Of a DNA stretch of 64,000 nt, positions 58,209 through 64,000 are shown one piece after another. The notes beneath the pieces are model-generated. The model was not told the DNA's origin. It saw only the letters and a program-made list of their open reading frames with translations, and did not search any database. Origin of the DNA: Candidatus Doudnabacteria bacterium (GTDB lineage Bacteria; Patescibacteriota; Doudnabacteria; UBA920); the NCBI GenBank assembly GCA_963768175.1, contig CAVYGQ010000001.1, positions 446,305 to 510,304 on the forward strand. Direction: 5' to 3'. Each line of letters starts with the position of its first letter. Positions within the stretch are counted from its first letter, which is position 1. Made by a program: the position numbers and the translations under genes.

Positions 58209-58901
58209 ATGAAAATCCTCGCAATTGGCGCGCATCCCGACGACGTGGAGTTCGGCGCCGCTCCCCTTTTAATCAAAGAAGTCAAAAAAGGCAACCTGGC
58301 CAAAATTGTGGTCTGCTCTTTAGGCGAGGCCGGCACCAGCGGCACGCCGCAAAGCCGCAAGAAGGAAGCATCCAGCGCGGCTAAGGTAATCGGCGCGGGA
58401 ATTGAGTTCCTCAATTTGGGCGGCGACTGCCACATAGAGTATAACCCGCAAAACGGATTTAAGATTGCCGCCATCTTGAGAAAATACAAGCCAAATATTG
58501 TGCTCGCACCCTCGCTCCTAGAAAACCAGCATCCCGACCATCTAAACATTGCCAGGCTCACTCGCGACGCCTGCAGGTTCGCGCGCTACGGCGGATTAAA
58601 AGAACTTAAAAGTCTGCCAGTGCATAAGGTAAGCATGCTTTATTATTACGGTTCCAGCGCTGAATGGGACAAAAAACCGGATATTTTAGTGGACGTAACA
58701 GATGTGGAAAAACAATGGCAAAAGGCTATGGCTTGCCACAAGAGCCAAATGCAAACCAAACAGTATATAAATTTAGTCTTCAGCAAATCACGGGCACTGG
58801 GCGCTTCCTGCGGCGTCAAATACGCGGTCGGGCTTTACTCCAACGATCCTATAAGATCGGATGGAATATCGGATATAACTTTGTCGTCCAGAAATTATTA
58901 A
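58209..58901 (+). CDS. bshB1: PIG-L family deacetylase, BshB1-like
   Basis: AHPDDVEFG, GEAGTSG, HPDH, HKSQ motifs; context with bshA. Confidence 0.82.
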   Translation: MKILAIGAHPDDVEFGAAPLLIKEVKKGNLAKIVVCSLGEAGTSGTPQSRKKEASSAAKVIGAGIEFLNLGGDCHIEYNPQNGFKIAAILRKYKPNIVLAPSLLENQHPDHLNIARLTRDACRFARYGGLKELKSLPVHKVSMLYYYGSSAEWDKKPDILVDVTDVEKQWQKAMACHKSQMQTKQYINLVFSKSRALGASCGVKYAVGLYSNDPIRSDGISDITLSSRNY

Positions 58902-58906
58902 CTCAG

Positions 58907-58998
58907 GGCGTCATCCTGAGGAGTGCAGCCGACGAAGGATCTCGTCTGAGGTTAATAGATTCTTCGCCCTCAGATGCATTCGGGCTCAGAATGACGCC
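58907..58998. mobile_element. CGTC-type gene-less element between bshB1 and bshA
   Basis: GGCGTCATCCTGAG..GAAGGATCT / AGATTCTTC..CTCAGAATGACGCC. Confidence 0.88.
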
Positions 58999-59011
58999 AA
59001 GGGTACGACTA

Positions 59012-60145
59012 ATGAAAAATCTCAAGATTGGCATAGTCTGCTACCCGTCCATAGGCGGCAGCGGTATTGTAGCCACAAGTTTGGGAAAAGCTTTGGCGGA
59101 ACTCGGGCACGAGGTCCATTTTATTTCTTACGAGCAGCCTTTCCAACTGGATTTGAACAAGCCAAACCTCCAATTCCACAAAGTTAATATTAACGAATAC
59201 ACGCTGTTCAAATATCCCGATTACACCCTGCCTTTGGCTGAAACAATTGTAATGGTACACGCACGCTATAAATTGGACGCGCTCCACGTGCACTACGCGG
59301 TGCCCCACGCCACGGCAGCGCTTTTGGCCAAACGCATCATGCTTGCAAACCGCCAGGAGCCGCCCAAAGTTATAACCACCCTGCACGGCACGGACGTTAC
59401 CCTTTTGGCGCGCGACCCAAATTTGTTTTCCGTCATAAAATATTCCATTGAACGTTCCGACTGTGTCACGGCGGTATCTGAAAATCTCAAAAAAGAAACC
59501 GTCAAAACTTTGGAAACCAAAAAAGGAATTGAAGTAATTTACAATTTTTATACCCCCCTGCCTCCCACGATTCCCCGCGAAAAAGTACGTCAAAGATTAA
59601 ATATTAAAGACCACGATTCCCTTGCCATCCATCTTTCCAACCTTCGCCCTGTCAAGCGCATTCCCGATTTGCTAAAAATTGCAGCTCTGTTAAAAAACCG
59701 TCATAATTTTAAATTACTCATATTGGCCGGGGGGTCATTTGCCAAATACCAGCCACTGATAAAAAAACTTAAGCTTAAAAATATTATAGTTAAAAAAAAT
59801 ATTAAAGACGTAGAAAATTATTTAAACGCCGCCGACCTTGGCATATATACTTCCGAAGAAGAAAGTTTTGGCATGGGCATATTGGAAACCATGAGCTACG
59901 GCAAGCCGGTTTTGGCCACAAATGCGGGGGGCGTGCCGGAAGTCATGCAAAGCGGAAAAGAAGGTTTCTTGCTCAAAGTCGGCGATGTTAAAGGCTTTGC
60001 CGATAAAATAAAACTGCTGATGAACGAACCCAAACTTGCAAATAAACTCGGCCAAAATGCCGCCAGACGAGCTAAAGAAAAATTCTCGGCTGGGGTTATT
60101 GTAAAACAATACCTAAAACTTTACCGCCACGCCTGCGGGCAATAA
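59012..60145 (+). CDS. bshA: N-acetyl-alpha-D-glucosaminyl L-malate synthase
   Basis: IGIVCYPSIGGSGIVAT, HVHYAVPHA, TTLHGTD, SNLRPVKR, ESFG; start re-placed at MKNLK. Confidence 0.92.
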   Translation: MKNLKIGIVCYPSIGGSGIVATSLGKALAELGHEVHFISYEQPFQLDLNKPNLQFHKVNINEYTLFKYPDYTLPLAETIVMVHARYKLDALHVHYAVPHATAALLAKRIMLANRQEPPKVITTLHGTDVTLLARDPNLFSVIKYSIERSDCVTAVSENLKKETVKTLETKKGIEVIYNFYTPLPPTIPREKVRQRLNIKDHDSLAIHLSNLRPVKRIPDLLKIAALLKNRHNFKLLILAGGSFAKYQPLIKKLKLKNIIVKKNIKDVENYLNAADLGIYTSEEESFGMGILETMSYGKPVLATNAGGVPEVMQSGKEGFLLKVGDVKGFADKIKLLMNEPKLANKLGQNAARRAKEKFSAGVIVKQYLKLYRHACGQ

Positions 60146-60160
60146 ATTATATAACAAAGC

Positions 60161-60195
60161 AAGACGGCCTTTTGGTTAAACCAAAAGGCCGTCTT
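60161..60195. terminator. Long hairpin between convergent genes
   Basis: AAGACGGCCTTTTGGT-TAA-ACCAAAAGGCCGTCTT. Confidence 0.7.
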
Positions 60196-60222
60196 TTATC
60201 AATTAACAATAATACATTCTGC

Positions 60223-60840
60223 TTATTTCTTTTTCCATTCAAGCAATTTCCCCGCTTCAATTTCAATCTTGTCGGCTTCTCGTAAATTCCTGATTTGCGT
60301 GGGCGTCAATATTTTATAATGCCTAGCCTTGTCCAAATATTGCGGCAATTCCGTCAAATCTTTTTTCGTAGTCCGCCAGTTTAAATAATTAATCCGGTTA
60401 ACATTAAACGGCACCGAATACTCCAACAAGGTCTTTTTGCCGTTGTCCAAAAAATATTCGTGGAAATAAGAAAGCGCCAATTCACGCAAGGTTTTGTATA
60501 TGGGTTCCCGATACCGCAAAACCGCATGATTGGTTTTACTTATAGCGCCCCAGCAGCCCAATTTTTTAAATAAAGCCACTACGTGATCTAAATCGCTAGA
60601 TGCCGATCGCAAATCCATAAGCAGCGGCTTCTGGCCGTGAAATTCCAAAATCGCGGCGGCAAGCAACGCGCCTTCCATACAGTGGGCTTTGCCGAGCCGC
60701 AAAACCATCCGCGGGCTGCGGCATTCCACGCCGTCTTTGGCCGGATTGTGCCTGATTTTAAACGCCAAAAAATCCTGAATTTTTTGTGGGGTATTGAGCT
60801 TCTTAAAAATTTTTATTTCTTCCTGCCCATATCTTTCCAT
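60223..60840 (-). CDS. Conserved hypothetical protein, transglutaminase/papain-like motifs suspected
   Basis: AHCMEGAL, DHVVALF, WGAISKTNH, SYFHEY motifs. Confidence 0.75.
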   Translation of the reverse strand: MERYGQEEIKIFKKLNTPQKIQDFLAFKIRHNPAKDGVECRSPRMVLRLGKAHCMEGALLAAAILEFHGQKPLLMDLRSASSDLDHVVALFKKLGCWGAISKTNHAVLRYREPIYKTLRELALSYFHEYFLDNGKKTLLEYSVPFNVNRINYLNWRTTKKDLTELPQYLDKARHYKILTPTQIRNLREADKIEIEAGKLLEWKKK

Positions 60841-60878
60841 ACGGTAATTTTAGCACATCCCAAAGGCCCCAAACCACC

Positions 60879-63800
60879 CTACTGCATAACCCGCAGGGCG
60901 ACTAAGCTGCCAACCGGCAAAGCCCGGTCCGCGGCATTGGCCTTAACCACGTTGGAGAAATCATTATCGCGGTGCCAGCTGTTGTAGACCGGCAAGGAAG
61001 GATAGCCGTGCTTTTGGCTATCGACGCCAAGCCAATAAATCGTGCCGTTGTCGTTAATATTCACGCCAGACAGGTGGGCGGCCGTGGGGTTGCCCAAATT
61101 GGCCGCTTTGGGCAAACTTTGCAGTTCGGGGTCGGTAACAATTAAGACATTGGCAAAACTAAAGCCCAGGGCCTTAAAGACATTTTCGGAGATAAAGGCA
61201 TACCTTTGGCTGTTGGAAATCAGGTAAACGGTCTTGTCCTGGCTGGATTTAACCAAATAACCGTCGCCGGGCAAAAGCAGGGAGCCGGGGGCAATGGCGA
61301 GGTCTGAGGCTTGGGCGGCTTTGGCATCAGAAAAGTCAAAGCCATAGCTATAGAGGATACCGGGAGAGGTTATGCCGAATCTCTGGCCTTGTTTGATGAG
61401 ATAGAAGGTGCCGTTGCTGTTGATTAACCTTAAGCCTGGCAAGGAAGCCTGCCCGCCGGTATTGCCGGATGAAGTTGCGGCGGGGATATAGACAGTCACA
61501 GGGGATGAGCCGCCACCGGATGAGCTTCCTCCCCCACCACCACCGCCTCCACCGCCACCACCACCGGAAGAAGGAGGGGCGGCCGTCACGCTAATTGTGA
61601 CTTGAGCCGTGGCTGTGCCCGCGCTGTTGGTAGCCGTTAGCGTGTAAGTTACGGTGGAAGCCGGGGAAATAGATTTTGAGCTTAAGGAAGAAACGTCGCC
61701 GATATTATTATCAATGGCAATGGTAGCGCCGGGGTGCCGGAAACACTCCAGGACAAAGATGCTGCCGCTCCGGCCGTAATAGAGGAAGGCGAGGCGGTAA
61801 AGGAAGCAATGGACGGCGGGGTGGAAGTGGGCAAAACTACGGTATTGTTGACTGTAACCGTGGTTTGGGCCGTAGCTGTCCCGCCGGAGCCGGTGGCCGT
61901 TAGGGTGTAGGTGGTGGTTACGGTTGGGCTGACGGATTTGGAATTTCCGGTTACTGTGCCAATGCTGTTATCTATGGATAAAGAAGTTGCGTTGGTTGTG
62001 CTCCATGACAAAGTTGAGGATTGCCCGGAAGTAATGCCGGAGGGGGAAGCGGTAAAGGAACTAATAACCGGGGCCGGGGGTGGGGGCAAACTTAAAGTTG
62101 TAAAAGTAAAGTCGGGGGAAGAAGTACTGTTGCTACTGCCGTCAATGGATGTAACTTTAAAATGATAGGTGGTGGCAGCGGACAAACCAGTCAAGATAGT
62201 GCTGTGGGAGATGGTTAAGGGGCTGTTATCCAGCAGGGCTGAAGAAGAACCATAACTGGCGGTTGTGCCATAGAAAACCTGCCCATTGGTAACCACATTG
62301 GTCTGCCAGGAGATTTGGGTGGTGGTGGCGGTAGTATTGGAGCCAAGTAGGTTAGAGATGGTTGGAAGCAACGGGTTTACTGTAACTGTGGTTTGGGCGG
62401 TCACGGAGCCGGAACTATTTGTGGCAGTCAGCGTATAAGTTGTTGTTTGGGTAGGCGAAACGGATTTGGTAGACAGTGAGGTCACGTCCCCTACCGAATT
62501 ATTTATGGACACCAAAGTTGCTCCGGAAACCGACCACGACAAAGTGGCCGACGAGCCGGAGGTTATGGACGAAGGCGAAACGGAAAAAGAAGAAATGACC
62601 GGCGGGTTGGAAACCGGCGGCGTATAGCTCGACAGGTATTCGTAAGCGCCGATATCTAAACCGGAACCTTGGGGTCGGAGTGTGCCGGAAACATCCATGG
62701 CCAATCCGGAAATGGCCGTACCGGCGTCTATGGCCGGGCTGCCAGCCAGCAAATGTGCATCGCCTCCAGCGGTGCTCGTTAATTTCGGGTCCTGGTTAAC
62801 GGAGCCGGTAACCAAATTCGTAAATGTCGGGGCTCCGGCGCCGTAAACCAAATTGTTTGAGCCGGTGAGGTTCGGGCAAACCGAAGCGGAATCTCCGCTT
62901 GTGCAGGAATGATAACTGGTTTGGCTGCTTTCCTCGTAAAAATAAGGGCTGCCAGAGCTTAAAATAATATTGTTGCGCAACCGGTCAATCAAGGCCTGTC
63001 CCTGATGAACCTCAAAGCTGCCGCCAAAACCCGGACCGCCGCTGTAATTAAATACGGTATTATTATAAAAATCAACGTAGCCGGACCCTACGCCGTGCGA
63101 CTGGTCATAATCCGAACTGTCCGCGCGGTAAATCGCGCCGTCCATCCCCTTGCCGTCCATTCCGGTGTTATAAACCACATTATTGTAAACGCTGACCGGC
63201 CCTTGAGACGGGTCTACCGTATCTATAATTATTCCTTCTTCCGCTATGTTATGCACTACGTTATCGTGGATACTGATGTCATACATTACATAGCCGTTGC
63301 CGGAAGAAAGCGGCGAAGAATGAATTTGGATGCCGGATCTGCCTTTAGCGTTATTGACCATATTCCAACCGACTTCCAAATGGTTGCTGTCCGTGCCGGG
63401 ATACAGCCCCTGCTGGAGACGGTCGGTGCTGGCCAAAGCCAGGTCGTGGCAATTATTACCCAGAACTTTTGTATAAGTGGACATTTCCACCCCAAGAGCC
63501 GAGCCCCCGCCGCTGCCCCCGCCGGCCTGCGGATTGGACACGTCGTTGCCGATAATCCGCCAATAACTGCTGGGACCATTGGTTTGTAACGGCTGCGGGC
63601 CCCGTAAATTTAATTCCGCTATCACCCAATTGCCTCCGCAAGCTCCGCTGCCGGCGGTAAAATCCGTGCCTTCTATACCGTAGCCGGGGGAATTACCGGA
63701 CGACCCCACCGTAACCGTGGCTCCGGGATATGCGATTAGGGCTTTTTGATTTGTAGCCGTGCCCTGGCACCATTCACCGCGCAACAAAACAGCCGCGCCC

Positions 63801-64000
63801 CAGCCCTGCCCGTCGTCAACCGTGGCGCTCACGCCGTTTTCGGCGTATATGGTTGCGCCGGCTCCCGCGGTCTGTACGGCGTGCGGCAAAGTTTTCCATG
63901 GCGCGGCAAAACTGCCGGCATTGGAATCACTACCGCCGGTAGACACAAAATAAATGTTGCCCGACCGGACCGCAAACGGCAAGCCGTTGGAAGTCCCGTT
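60879..64000 (-). CDS. Large surface protein (beta-helix, Ig/FN3-like repeats, C-terminal repeat module); 5' end off-window; frameshift near 61730
   Basis: ORFs 61682..63982 and 60879..61589 join into one repeat series (SWSVSGTPA / TIAIDNNIGDVSS) if one base is restored; SPAIDAG and DIGAYEY motifs. Confidence 0.8.

Noticed and set aside
58664-59011. N-terminal extension of BshA in the ORF track
   Set aside because: Overlaps bshB1 out of frame and reads through a palindromic element; BshA motifs start at 59012
61501-61570. CCA/CCG triplet repeat as a mobile or regulatory repeat
   Set aside because: Ordinary poly-Gly/Ser linker codons in a surface protein

Overview
Chromosomal segment of a reduced-genome bacterium, most likely Patescibacteria/CPR (inferred from gene content, AT-rich leaders mostly lacking Shine-Dalgarno motifs, and large secreted proteins). 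TGA behaves as a stop. Left to right it holds: a VirB4/PrgI/VirB6-like T4SS-type cluster; rsmA, pcrA/uvrD, a LysM-CHAP hydrolase, recO, hppA, mnmA, hisS, pcm, ppcA and a PfkB kinase; type II glutamine synthetase, proB-proC-proA and a class IV aminotransferase; a bacillithiol-like bshC/bshB1/bshA cluster; and surface proteins. The strongest signal is not in the ORF list. (1) A tRNA-Gly(CCC) gene is interrupted in its anticodon loop by a 14-bp inverted-repeat-bounded insert that contains a second complete tRNA-Gly(CCC). (2) Three small nuclease-fold genes (two GIY-YIG, one PaaX/Cas2-like) are each bracketed by their own palindrome or inverted-repeat family, and each family also occurs as gene-less copies elsewhere, as expected for autonomous plus non-autonomous mobile elements without a recognised transposase. 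(3) Several further palindromic or short-period repeat families sit in-frame inside housekeeping proteins (RsmA, PcrA, MnmA, PfkB kinase, BshC-like). Four apparent single-base frameshifts may be assembly errors. All product calls come from manual motif recognition; no database searches were run.
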